Shown here: positions 46,431 to 59,316 of the stretch, in pieces
Position numbering within the stretch: the first letter of the stretch is position 1
Layout: every line of letters starts with the position of its first letter
From: Utricularia gibba
Lineage: Eukaryota; Plantae; Magnoliophyta
Direction of reading: 5' to 3'
Assembly: GCA_002189035.1 (NCBI GenBank)
Contig: CM007989.1
Span: 8,370,001-8,434,000, forward strand
Length of the DNA stretch: 64,000 nucleotides
The notes under the pieces: model-generated
Database searches by the model: none
What the model was told of the DNA's origin: nothing
Seen by the model: only the letters and a program-made list of their open reading frames with translations
Made by a program: the position numbers and the translations under genes

Positions 46431-47276
46431 TGAGGACATATTATGGAAGAAGTTTATTTTTATGAAAATTTAATAAATTTGTGTAGGATCGATGACATCT
46501 TTAAAATTAAATTATGCGTAGTAATAATATTATTCAAATAATAAATTAAAGTATTAAAAATAAAAAATAGTATTTTATTAATATAATTCGTATTCACTAA
46601 ATAATATGTAAATTTAGGCAATGGGTTTCTTGGTCGGTGGGCTTTGCCGCCTTTGGACATAAATCTGGCACTTGTGTTTTTAATGAGGATTTATTCAATA
46701 CGTCGGGGGAAGGGTACTTTTGACAATTCCTATATCCCCAATTTCCTCTGGAATCTATCTGCGTTAGACATCCCAAACAATTAGGGCAAGGGAACAGGTG
46801 CTCCTCCGTTCAATCTCTCTTTCTCTCTCTCATTGTACACGCAAATTCTCTACTTTCTTCTTCGTTTTTTTAGGTTGGGTTCCGACATGTTTCCTTTTCG
46901 CGGCATACTTTCCCAGTTGTGTGTACTTCTCAATTGATGCTCCGGCCTTGCTAATGCATTTTTGTATTTTCGGTGAAAATTTTCGTTGGCCACTACGTTT
47001 TTGTTCTGTCGCAATTGTGCAATTTGAGGGGGTTCGAAGTGTTACGGTTGCATTCGGTTCTTGGACAGAAAGTTGCAGAATTTGGGAGTTCTGCCAAGAG
47101 GAAGTTTTGGGTTAGGGTTTTTATCAATTTTGGAAATCTCGGTTTTGGGTCCTATTTAATTGTATTGTTACCGGTGAGATTTCCGTGGATTAGTTCTCCA
47201 AGTAGTCTACTTCACTGAGGTTTGTGAAGGGGTGGATTTGTTAAAATAATTGGTCAACTGCTTAACGTTGTTCGAT

Positions 47277-50200
47277 ATGCCAAGAACTTCGAGGCACAAA
47301 TCGCACAAGCAAAGCAAGCATACTTCCAAGGATCATTCCGATTCTGAGGATGGTTCTGAAAGGGTCAAGGAGCGAAGTGGTAAATACGAGGGCTCCAATA
47401 CGGCTCATGGCGATTCCACTTCTGGTGAAAAGCGGAAAACTTCTTCGCAGTTGAGAGAAGACAGGGAGAGGAAGGACTCAAGTGTTCATGTGAATGGTGA
47501 AGCGTCGGAGGAGTACGTCTCATCTAAACGCAGGAAAGGTAAAGCAGATGCCTTTGGTGATGGTGATCGATGGAATGGTGGTGGAGATGGGAAAGATAAT
47601 AGTGATAATAGGGCATTTGAAAAGAAAATGGATAAGGGGAATAGCATGAAGGCCGATGTGAAACACAAAGAATCGGGCAGTAAAGGTGAAAGTTTGAAAC
47701 TTGAGCACAAAAGCAAGAGTAAACGTAATGAGCGTGGAGTTCCAGGCGACAGAATGGAAGATAGTTCAGCTCTAGTAGTGGTGGAGAAGGAGGAGAAAAG
47801 TAGATCTGTGTCCAAGCGAAAGTCTGAAAAAGATTCCTCTGTTTCTAAGGATGGGCGGGATTCCAAGGACAAGGATCGCAGATCTGAAAAAGAGAGAAAT
47901 GTTGGTCATGGCAGTAAAAGCAGTGATGGTGATGTGAAAATGGTTGATTGCAATACTGGGAAGAAGCAAGCCTCTACTTCAGGTGAAGAGAGACAGTCTA
48001 AACGTTCCAGAGAGGAAACTGGTAGGTAACTTTGTTCATGTTAAAAATACAAGCGAGAAATATATCTGCTACAACTTGAAAAAAAATATTACAGCTGGTG
48101 ATCTAGATGAAATATCGTAAATTACATCTTTTTGGTAATGTCGTCCTTTTTAATTTATTTGTGTGTATAGGGTAGACTTGAATGAAAATCTCATGCGTTT
48201 TTGACAGATATGGGGTCTAATAATTCAAAATGGGAGGGCAGGATGTGTTTCCCGATAAGTTTCATACCTCCAATGAGTCTATATGTGGCTGTTAGTGTCT
48301 TTTGGAATAAACCTGCTTAGGGTTATATTATTCGCCTCTGCCACTAGTTTATTCCAGTTGTTTCAAGTATGATTCCATGCACCTCCCTATGTTCTTGCTT
48401 TTGTTTCGAGCTTGTTGACAGTTAAAGCCTGAGTTCGGTTCCTCATTTTGTTTCTTTAGTAAAAATAAAAATCTGAAATCATTCATTTAGTTTTTTGAAG
48501 ATTTATATCCTTGAAAAAAAAAGTTTCTTGTATTTTTTTTCTGTCTAATTTATGCAGCTTGCAAATTGCTGCTAACGACACTAGTTAATCATGAAGGAAA
48601 CATTTCAAAAAACGTGCTTCAGTCTCCTGTACTGGAGAAGGAATTTGACAAAAGGGCCCGTAGAAAAAGGGAGGGTTCTAGTGAAAGGGAAAAGCATCCT
48701 GATGATTCTAGAGATGGTGATGAGAGGCGTGTGCCCACAAAGGCTGACCACCAGAAGGATGATAAGTACAAGGACAGAGAGCATGCCGCAAAAGGTCTGG
48801 AAGATAGCCATAGGAATGAGAGAAGAAGGGATGAAAATTACATTGAAGAGTCTGACAAGGATTATAGGTATTACGATGAGAAATATCGAGAAGATGGTGA
48901 GAAATATGCCAAACGCCAAGATTACAGATACCAAGAGGATGGTGAGAAAGATACCAGGCAGAGGGATGAGAGGTATCGGTGGGATGGTGAACGTGAAACT
49001 AAGCGAAAAGATGACAAGTATCGGGAGGGCCTTGAAGATAGAAGAGATGACAAATATCAAGAGGATGTTGATCGAAATAGTAGACGCAAAGATGATAGGT
49101 ATCATGAGGATGGTGAAAAGGATATTAGGCGTGGGCATGACAGATATGTTGAAGATGGGGGACGTGATGATAAGCACAGGAATGATGGTTACAGAGATGG
49201 TGGTGAGAGAGAGTATAGGCACAAAGATGAAAAGTATAGGGATGATTCTGAAAGGGATGTTAAGCATAATACTAATCTGGGGGATGAGATTGATCGAGAG
49301 AAGAGGCAAAGGGAAAGTAAGTATGATCACGATATTAAGGACCGTTCGGGTGATAGATCTGACATCAAACGTTCAGGTCATGATATTCATCCTACTGATG
49401 GTCATGCCAGAAAATCAAGTGCTTATGATGAGAGTTCAAACCATGATTATCGAACATCCAGGTATAAAGATGATCAGAACAGGAAAAGAACGAATGAAAA
49501 AGAAGATTATGGTGAAAGTAAATCTCGAAGCACAAAGGATCAAAGATCTGATTCTGGAAAAAGAAGCGGAAAATTGGATCCTGCTTCTGATAAAATGAGA
49601 ACTTCATCAAGAAATGCGGATTCAGGACACACTGGCCATAGTAAAAGAAGAGGTTCACCCTCATCAAGCTCACATGGGCCTAGAGATAACCATAGGTATG
49701 TGTTTGCACTAAAATTCGGCATTCTAAAATTCTTGCTCTATGCACTATAATCTGATGTTCACTGTATGTTGTTAAATGATGGATGCTTGATCAGCATGAC
49801 ATTAATCTCTTGTTTTTAAGTTTAATAAAACATTAAATTCACAGTTTGATATACTGGATGCTAGTTAGGATGCTTCATGTCTATTTTAACGTGTTTCAGA
49901 TCTCAGAAGCAAGATGAATCCAAGTATAGAGACTATAATGCTGATGAGAGGCCTAGAGAGCATGCTAATAGTTTAGAGAGATCAGAGAAAACTGCTTCCC
50001 GATCATTGGAGAAGCATGCTCCGAATGATTATAGCCAACTGCGGGAGGTGTCAGCTGAAAGGCACCTTAAATCTGATAATCATTCTTCACCATTGCAGGT
50101 AGGTAAAATCCCATGAATGCATACTGACAGAAGCCAGCTCGCTATGTGTTATTCATATTCTGGTGTTAACGTTGAATACTATGTTGCAGAGGACTGGTGG

Positions 50201-52135
50201 TTCTCGAGACTGGAAGGCGGGCAGGGGGAGCAGAGAATTGGGGTTGGATGCTGCACCTGTAGAGGAACGTACACAAGATGATGATAATGCATTGTTAACT
50301 TCTTCACCATCCATGAAAAACAATAACTTATCTAGCAGTTTAAGGTCATTGCCACCACCGCCACCCCCATTTAGGAGTGGAGGCAGTCCTTTACCTATGG
50401 GTTCAGTGGATGATGACAGTAGAAGCAGGTCTCACAACCATCACAGGAGGATCGGAGATCCTAATATGGGAAGGATCCAGGGAAATATATGGCGAGGTGT
50501 TCCAACCTGGACTTCTCCCGTTCCAAATGGGTTTTTGCCTTTCCCTGCTCCACCTCCCGTGGGTTTTCATCCAGTTATGCAGCCATTTCCTGCTCCACCC
50601 ATGTTTGGTGTTCAGTCATCAATGGACTTAAATATGCACCCCTCTTATCAGATGCCAGACTCTGATAGATATTTTGGCACCGTGCGTCCAATGGGATGGC
50701 AGAATCAAGTAGATGATACTTGCCCTCCTATGCAGACCTGGGATGCCAATGGTGCAGTATTTGGAGATGAGTCTTACATATACGGGAGACCAGATTGGAA
50801 TCAATCCCAGAACACGGCCATCAGGAATGCCTGGGGGAGTCCACTGATGATGCTCGGAAAGGGGTGAATAATGATAAAAGCTTGGAAGCCCTGTCTGTTG
50901 GAAAAGAGAACACCTCCTTACGTGGAGCAGATGAAGGTAGTCAGTCGCAGGCAGATAGCACTGAGATTCATCTCTCAGCCAAAATCACTGAAAAGAATAA
51001 TGCTGCAGCCGGTCTTAATGGTGTGGTGTATAAGGATGGTTTTATTGAAAATGAAATGACGAAGCCTGTGTGCTTCTCCATTGCGTACCTCAGCAGGCTT
51101 GATGTTTCTGAAGATCTTGCTGAACCTGAACTATTCTCCAAGTTCGCAGGCTTGATGACCATGGATCAAAACACAATCTCTAACGTAGATGATTCCAAAA
51201 TTCTCTATTCGGAGGTAAATGTTTCAACCATCCTTTCTAATGCTCTTGGTTCGTTCACCTGCACGTGGACAGAGTTCAATCAACCCTTGTACTTACAACT
51301 GGTTGCAGGATTTAGGGACGAAAATCTCAGCCATTAGCTCCCCAAATAGCGCACTTTACCCATCGATTGATGAATCTGTTTTCCAGGTATTATTTGTACT
51401 ACTGATCGTATGATATCGAAAAGGAATGTTTTCCAAGTCAAAGTTTTGATTTTTAGTGAACCCATTTGTGCGGCGGGTATTTGCAGCGTGTGGGTTGGAG
51501 AGTGAAGGCTAAGAAAGACTGTCGTTCTGTATGAGTTGGAATAGCGTTCACTGTTTCTAAATAGATGGGGTATTTCGGGGTCTTCCATGCATCTAATGTC
51601 TTGGTGTTTCCGTTTCCTAGGCTGCATCTTGCTTTGTCCACTGACCTAATCTTTCTACCCGCAGAGATCGATAGCCCTCTACCAAAAACAGAAGCAAACT
51701 CTGCAGCCTAATGACATTGCAGGACTCGAATTGAATGACTCGGACCCAAAATCTGACCTTTACAGCACAGATACCAAATCTGCGAATCTGCGCCTGGCCA
51801 ACAACGCTCATGTATCACAGGACGGTGTTACAAACACCCCCACAGAGTTAGATGCAGTTGACTCACCAAAAACCAAAGATGCAGAAATGGACTCAGAGAT
51901 GCAGCCTTCATCTGATGCAAGCTCTGAAGGCATCATTTGTGCCTCGCATCCTGGTGCAAAAGATGATGAGTGCGGCATGGTTGGCAGTGACAAAGAGGAG
52001 GTGAAGCTGGTAGGTACTGCTGAATTCGGTGCGTTGGTTAATTCCGATGTGGTGGTGGTGGTGTCTGAGGCGAATATGCCCGCTGCGTCGTTGGGTTTGA
52101 GTCGGATACATCGTTCTCCTGAAAGTACACATTGA
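47277..52135 (+). CDS. HIZ2: HIZ2/ZC3H13(Flacc)-like RD/RE-rich m6A-writer-associated protein (At5g53440-like); one apparent frameshift at ~50835
   Basis: MPRTSRHKSHK...SSKRRKGK...DRWNG; RD-rich core; WRGVPTWTSPVPNGF; YLSRLDVSEDLAEPEL; ends LSRIHRSPESTH*. Confidence 0.85.
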
Positions 52136-52232
52136 AACAATCCATTCTTACCCAGTTCTGAGAGGACTCTTGTGTGCTGCTGCTGCTGCTTATGAATCTC
52201 ATTATCTTCTCTCATGTGTTCTCATCTGTGAA

Positions 52233-52256
52233 GGGCGGGGCGGGGCGGGGCGGGGC
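52233..52256 (+). repeat. (GGGGC)n pentamer run, G-quadruplex capable
   Basis: GGGCGGGGCGGGGCGGGGCGGGGC. Confidence 0.85.
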
Positions 52257-52342
52257 GCTTTTGGGAATGACGAAAACAATACTTGAAAAAGACCCCGAAT
52301 TTATGAGTCAATTGCAAATAGCAACTCCAAGTCTCCACGAAG

Positions 52343-53164
52343 TCAAAGGGCCCCCAATCCAGAAACATGGCGGATATATCATCTTGTTTGAAGTAGTCAT
52401 CAATTGGCCGGAGGGGAGAGGACGAGGATGCGACGTCAGGGTCGGATACGCAAGACGGGATTACGTCCAACGGGAAAACATCATCGAAGAAACCCGCTTG
52501 CTCAAACAAGTCGGGTATGGCAACCGGGTTTCCGAGGTCGGCGAAGATGTCTTCTTTCCAAGGGAACACTGTTGTTGATAAACTCTCGCCGGGTGAGTTG
52601 TCGGGTTTTTGTGGTGAAACGGGGCGGAGGACGGAGCTGGGGGATTCGGCACTGTTCCGTTGTGACTCATCGCCAGAGTTGTGGCCGGGAGATTTTCTGG
52701 ACGCGGCCGCCTCCGGGATGGAGAAATTGGTGAGCGCGTTGGGCCACGGAGTTGAATGGCGGCGTGGTCGTACACCTTAGCGGCTTCCTCTGCCGTATCG
52801 TAGGTACCCAACCAAAGCCTGATACGCCGCCGGGGGACTCGAATCTCCGCCGCCCATTTCCCCCATCGCCTATGTCGCACGCCCCGGAACTTCTTATCCC
52901 CATTCGCCCTCCGGGCGCTGACGCGGGCACCACCACCCTTGTCGGGCTGGATCGTGACTTCATTCACATACCGGCGCACATGGCGACGGTTGAGGGACAC
53001 GTCCTCCTCGTCACTAGACGAATCAGTTGCGTCTTGGTCCGTCACGGAAATACGCAATGTCCTCCCGAGGACGAGGAGTGGGCTCTTGGTTCACCCGGAC
53101 AGCAACCGGCAACAACCGTAGTCCGAGTTACATGCTCACTGAACTTGACTCCACAGGGGAACAT
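52343..53164 (-). CDS. CRF: Cytokinin response factor-type AP2/ERF; three single-base gaps in G/C runs as assembled
   Basis: CRF domain [10 protein letters not shown]...[18 protein letters not shown]...VRRYVNEV; AP2 [18 protein letters not shown]...[12 protein letters not shown]; SPSSVLR motif; DDYF acidic tail. Confidence 0.88.
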
Positions 53165-53760
53165 ACTTCTGACTGCTACTGCTACTGCTGCTTCCGATCC
53201 TCAGTCGTGAAAGGAAAAAAAGGGATGAGAGATTCTTCACGAATAAAGAGAAAGGAAGAGGAAAAAGGATTTGGAGACTCCACAAAACCCAGCAGGCTCT
53301 GGAAAGAAGGATATAACGAAAAGGCAAGGTTTTCTCCTCCCCAATCCCGATCCCGTCGTCTGTTCTGTTACCTACTTGGAGAACAAGTAAATGAGAAAGA
53401 GAGATTTGTGGGTTCCGTTGGGAGGATCGGTGAAAATGAAAGAGTCACAGCGCCGTGGATGATGGCTGGCTCCTCCCTCTCTCCTCTCTGTCTCTGGATT
53501 AAAACTGCAACTTGGCTTTCCAGGCCGTTATGCTTCCTCTGCAACGAGTCCAAATAGGAAGCAAGTTTCTTTTGCTATATTATAATGCAAAACATTTAAT
53601 TTCTTTTTAATGCAAAACACGATAAGACAGGAATGCCAAAGGACTTGGCAATAACTCACGCACAAGTTTGTTCGAATGCTATGGCGGGCGGCGTTCACCC
53701 GGATGGTGAACAGAACAGAACAGCAGCAGGTTGTGAATGGGAATTAAGAATGATGATGCA

Positions 53761-55857
53761 TCATGACCCCATTTTGGAGGTGCTTGCAGGACTCGCTCTC
53801 ACGTTCTCGATCATCTTCACCACCTCCGCCGTCTTCGGCCGCTGCTCTGGCAGCCTCCTTACACAGGCCAGCGCTATCTGCAGCATCTCCACCAGCTCCT
53901 CCTCGATGCCCGGCACCCGGAGCAGCTCCACGTCGAACACCTCGGCCGTCCACTCCTCCCTCACCACAGAATGCACCCACCTGACCAACACCCAAACGTC
54001 AAGACATGGTGGAATTTGGAATACGGCCTACTACCACCCGGGTGAGGTGACACACCTGACCAAGTGGACTATTTCGTCGCCATGGGTTGTCTGAACCGGT
54101 GATTTACCGGTAAGAAGTTCCAGCACCATCACCCCGAAGCTGTACACATCGCCCGCTTGAGTCGCTTTTCGGGTGTCTGTTACCTCCGGTGCTCGGTAAC
54201 CTGCAGCACGAGCCATCGGAGGGGATAGCGAGCTCATTATCATTGAAAGGCCAAGATCAGATATGCATCCAAATCCTTCAGAATTCCGGAAAACGTTGGT
54301 TGATTTTAAGTTCCCATGTATCAGCTTTCCGTTGTTCTCCTCGTGGATCCTGGCAAGGCCTCTTGCAGTTCCAAGAGCAATGTTTAGCCGGGAGTTCCAG
54401 TCGAGGAACTGCCTGCCGTCTCGCTTTCCTGCATCAATGGAGGAATACTCAGAGTATCAGATGTCCTACATTACAGAACCATGAAATTGCTCTTAAACCA
54501 TGACTCTCTCAAAGCTAAGAAAGATATAGACCAGAACAGAAGGCAACTGCGAAAGAAAAGCGATCCATGATCAAAGGCAGACCGCATTGCTCTTTAACAA
54601 ACGGAAGGGATGGCTAATACCAATACCATGAAGCATTGTTGCGACAGACCCTTGAGCGAAATAGTCATACACCATAAGCTTTTCATCCTTGGAGTAATAG
54701 TAAGCCCTGAGTGCAGTCACATTCTCGTGCTTGATACTTCCAACCAGATTCATATGTAGCTCGAATTCTCGTTTTCCGGCACTTACCTCTTTCACTCTCT
54801 TCACCACCACCATCGTCCCATCCTCGAGTATCGCCTTATATGATGTTCCAAATGTGCCTTTCCCCAAAACTTCTGCCGAAGCTCTCAGCAAATCCTCCAA
54901 ATCAAATGCATAGTCACATCCTTCAAAGAACACCAGTTTGTTGTTTGCTTCTTCATTTCGGGAGATCGATTTTTCCTGATACGCGTTGCCTTTTCCAGAG
55001 CTCCCCGGAAAATCATGATCCACGGCTTCTACTCTCAGTAAGCAAACAACTAAGAGAAGGCCAATGCATAGTAACCCGAAAATTGAGCCAGCAATTATGA
55101 TCCCAATCAACGCCCTTTCGCTTAACTTTGATTTCTGCTCAGGTGGAGCAACCACAAGAGGAGAATCAACAACTGAATACTCTAACAACGAATCATCATT
55201 TCCTATGAACCCAGATTTCGGAAACCTCTGAAGTGATTTAGGCACTCTACCACTGAGCTTATTGTAAGATAAGTTCAAGGACTGTAAATCCGCAAGATGC
55301 AGATCAGGAATCTCTCCAGAGAGTGAATTGTTGGCAAGATTTACCGACACAAGACGGTTTAAATTCCCCAAAGAACTGTGGATACTGCCATTGAAGGCAT
55401 TATTTGATAAATCAACTATAGTCAAATTGCTCCAAGCAAAGAAATTTAGAGGCAATGAACCTGAAAACCGGTTGCGCTGAAGATACAAAAAGGTCAGCCT
55501 TTCCAGATTTGCAAAGTCTTTAGGCAAATTCTCAGTTATTATATTCGATCTTAGGCTCAGAATCTGCAATGCTGATAAACGCCCCAAGGTTTTTTCAGGA
55601 ATGGGTCCACGAAAACCAAAGCCTGGAAGCCGTAGAGATACTACTCTGCTACCATCCGCATTGCAAGAAACTCCTGTCCAATTCTTGCATACCTGGTAAT
55701 TATCGTTCCAATTAAGACGACGCTTGTGAGCATGCCTGCTTGCGAAATCCAGCAATGCCTGCTTGTCGGCTTGAAGATCATCCCCAATGACAAAACCTAA
55801 AACTAGTGAAAAAAGAAGCAGGAGCAGGAACTTCAAAGGAAGATGAAGCTTCTCCAT
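53761..55857 (-). CDS. LRR-III atypical receptor kinase (At4g23740-like), 3 coding exons
   Basis: Signal peptide, DKQALLDF, LRRs, [50 protein letters not shown]|[16 protein letters not shown]. Confidence 0.95.
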
Positions 55858-56496
55858 AACCAGAATGGTGGTGTCTGTGCTCTCAGTAGAAACTTGAACC
55901 CCACCCAATACAGTAGTTTTTCAAAATAAAGAACTAAAAGCAATGAATCAGAAGAACCGTGCCTGCAAAAGGATAAGAGTAGTATGCTGTAAATAGGCTT
56001 TAATAATGGAGCTGCCGCAGTTCAAAACTAGTCAAAAAGTCGGAATTTTTGTGATTGGAAATACTTGAAATGCAGCAGCATCTTTTCTTGTTCTTCGTTC
56101 CATCAACAACGGATGAGGCTCTCGCACTTTATACAGGATAAAGAAAACCCACGGTTCTATGAAAACAGGAGAGAGGAAGACAGAGCACTAAAAGACACTG
56201 CTGCTCCTAATTCTGAAAAATCACCCCTCGAGAATTGAAGCATTTTGTCCAGGGAACAAGAAGAGTCCATGTCCATAGTGACACTTCTAATTCTATGAAC
56301 CTTGACTTGGTATCGGGGACGAGCCCTAAAAAGGAGCTGATGTTTATCAATTTCAAACTCCATCTAAGCCACGGATAGTCATCAAGCACGGCGTCGTTTG
56401 AAGGCGTAAAGATTCGGCCTTTCGGTTCCTCGACAAGCCCGCTGCCCCAGGACGGCCCACAGTCTGCACCCACCAATCGGAAACTCTTGAAAACAA

Positions 56497-57710
56497 ATGA
56501 AACCCGTTCTTCAGCCCGCTCCATTCCTCTCTCCACCGTCGACCATCGCCAACTTCGCCGGAGATAGAATCACCCGCCGTGTTATCTCAAATTGGTATCG
56601 CCGGACTTGCGGTAATGAGGCAAAACCTAGCTCTCAACATCGCCGAGAAAGGCTTCCCCGTCTCCGTCTACAACCGTAAGACCTCCAAAGTCGATGAAAC
56701 CGTCGACCGCGCCAACCGTGAGGGCCATCTCCGTCTCTTTGGCAAGTAGAGTCCCAAGGATTTCGTTCGGCCCATCTAAAAACATCATCATCTTAGTGAA
56801 AGCCGGAAGCCCAGTTGATCAAACAATTGCCGCGCTATCGGCCGACATCCGTCGTATTCTAGACAAAGTTGCTGCGCAGGTGGATGATGGGCCTTGTGTT
56901 ACACACATCGGGAAGGGCAGATCTGAGGATTTTGTGAAACTGGTGCATAATGGGATTGAGTATGATGACATGCAGTTGATCTCAGAGGCTTATGATGTGC
57001 TGAAGAATGCTGGGGGCCTGGGAAACGAAGAGATGAGCGAGATATTTCATGAGTGGAATTCTGGGGAGTTAGAGAGCTTCTTGATTGAGATAACTTCGGA
57101 TATAGTTAGGGCGAAGGAGAAGGAAATAGGTGGTGGATTTTTTGGTAGATGAAGTTTTGGACAAAACGGGATGAAGGGAACTGGGAAATGGATAGTGTGG
57201 GAAGCCGCTGAGTTATCAACCACTGCCCCTACAATTGCAGCTTCACTGGATACGAGATACATAAGCGGGTTGAAGGAACAAAGGGAGAAAGCAGCTAAGA
57301 CATTTAGAAGTGGAGATATGAAGGAGATAAATGGTTTGGATTCAGTGGATAAAAAGAGATTGGTTGATGATGTTAGGCAAGCTCTGTATGTATCCAAGAT
57401 CTGTAGTTATGCTCAAGGAATGAACTTGCTGAGGGCCAAGAGTTTAGAGAAAGAGTAGGGTTTGAATGTCAGGGAGTCGGCAAGGACCTAGAAAAGCGGG
57501 TGCATCATTAAAGCTGTATGCTCGGACAGGATCAAGACTGATGGATCCTGAGTTCTCGGGGGAGATGATGCAGAGAGTCCGGCTTGGAGCAGAGTCATCA
57601 GCTTGGCTATCCAGAAGCGGATCAGCGTTCCAGGGATGTAGGCAAGACTGCAATATTTTGATGCATTTCGGCATACGAGAGGATCGATATCCCTGGGGCT
57701 TACCACACTG
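56497..57710 (+). pseudogene. 6-phosphogluconate dehydrogenase (decarboxylating) pseudogene
   Basis: [30 protein letters not shown]..., ILVKAGSPVDQTI, FVKLVHNGIEYDDMQLISEAYDVLK, MKGTGKW, SYAQGMNLLRAKS. Multiple stops (~56747, ~56776, ~57148, ~57456), frameshifts and a large internal deletion. Confidence 0.93.
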
Positions 57711-58471
57711 AGTGATCCAAGCTCGCTAGAAAGGCAAGAGTTTAGCGCAGCGAATGAGCTTCACTTGTTTGCCCTGTTGGATCTTGCAATCTCTTCCTGG
57801 TCTGTGCATCGTTTGCTTGTGAAGTTAATAAAAGTTTCTTAATTGAATCTTCTATGGCTTTCCCTTTTCCATACAATGCTTTTTCACCCAAGGAGTTGCA
57901 GCAACCATTTCATCACGATTAGAGAGGGTGTACTTGAGGATGATTGTCAGCCCTGCAATGCCGAGACAGAGGACGAAGATGTTGACCCAGCAAGGCATAG
58001 AAAGTGAGCGCATATCATCCATCCTTGAGTTGCCCTGGTACAACGGAGAGACGACCAAATCAAGTTCAACGCCGAATTTGGGAGTTGGTGGTGAATAAAA
58101 CAAAGTTCGCCGGAGCAGGCAGCGTGAACAGTTGACAATGTAAATAACGAATGAATCGTCATCTACTTGACTTGGTGACAGATGCGAGACACCCCAACTG
58201 CCCCACGACTCTCGCCCCTTCCTTACGAAGGTCAGCGGCTCCCCCCAGAAAAATGGATGTTGTTTTCATTATTTTATTGCAGCGGTAGGACTTCTAAAAG
58301 TGTGCTTCTCTGGAAACGAGGGCGATGTCAGGGGCAACAACTTCTTCTAGTTGCTGTGAATAAAATGACTCCCCAACAACTGGCGGTTAATATGCTCCAG
58401 CAACAAAGGAGTCATTATACCGACCTCCACCTATAAATTAATGAATTGCCTCGACCTCCATCACAAAGCAA

Positions 58472-59050
58472 ATGGCACTGAGATCGCTATTCACGCCTGC
58501 CCCCATGCCTTTACTCTTCCTCCTCCTGATCATCCTGCTCTCCGGCGGCGCTTCCGGATTCCGGAAGGGACTCGACCGGACTCCGTGCAAGAGCATGGTC
58601 TTCTACCTTCATGACATCCTGTACAACGGCGAAAACGCTGGCAACGCGACGTCGGCCATTGTGGGTGCCCCCGACTGGAGCAGAAGCCTCACCGTGCTCG
58701 CCAACCAGAACCATTTCGGCAATGTGGTGGTCTTCGACGACCCCATCACGCTGGACAACAACCTGCACTCGCCGCGGGTGGCGCGAGCCCAGGGCTTCTA
58801 CTTTTACGACAGGAAGGATTGGTTCACTGCATGGCTGGGGTTCACCATCTCTTTCAACTCCACCGATCACCAGGGCACCATCAGCTTCGTCGGAGCGGAC
58901 CCTCAGGCGAAGACGAGAGACATTTCGGTGGTCGGAGGGACCGGCGATTTCCTCATGGCCAGGGGAGTGGCCACCATCAGCACTGACGCCGTCGAGGGAG
59001 AAGTTTACTTCAGGCTTCGCCTCCACGTCAAGTTGTATGAGTGCTGGTGA
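58472..59050 (+). CDS. DIR: Dirigent protein, DIR-a (pinoresinol-forming/DRR206-like)
   Basis: Signal peptide; [21 protein letters not shown]; [19 protein letters not shown]; AQGFYFYD; [12 protein letters not shown]; KLYECW. Confidence 0.96.
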   Translation: MALRSLFTPAPMPLLFLLLIILLSGGASGFRKGLDRTPCKSMVFYLHDILYNGENAGNATSAIVGAPDWSRSLTVLANQNHFGNVVVFDDPITLDNNLHSPRVARAQGFYFYDRKDWFTAWLGFTISFNSTDHQGTISFVGADPQAKTRDISVVGGTGDFLMARGVATISTDAVEGEVYFRLRLHVKLYECW

Positions 59051-59316
59051 ATGAAAAGTAGTACGGCTTTAAAGTGGGCCCGAGGCCCATAAGAATCATG
59101 TAACGTCACTGTATCACAAACTCAAATTCAGAATTAAAAAATAATAAAAATTATTTTAGAATTCAGCATCTTTTGCGGCTTGCTCGGAAGAACCTCCTGC
59201 TCTTGCCTCATCGAGAGAGAGAGTGGATGTGGAACCCCAATTTCTATGAAATTAGGGTTTATCTTTTTAGGCCATCCATCCTTCGTTAGTTAGTTCTGGT
59301 TTGTATCAGCAATCTG

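Noticed and set aside
56160-56200. GAAGACAGAGCAC resembling miR156/157
   Set aside because: Too many mismatches to the 20-21-mer and no fold-back partner.
58511-59054. Long antisense and alternative-frame ORFs over the dirigent, CRF, LRR-kinase, HIZ2 and CSN5 genes
   Set aside because: These are shadow ORFs produced by GC-rich or repetitive codon usage of the real genes.
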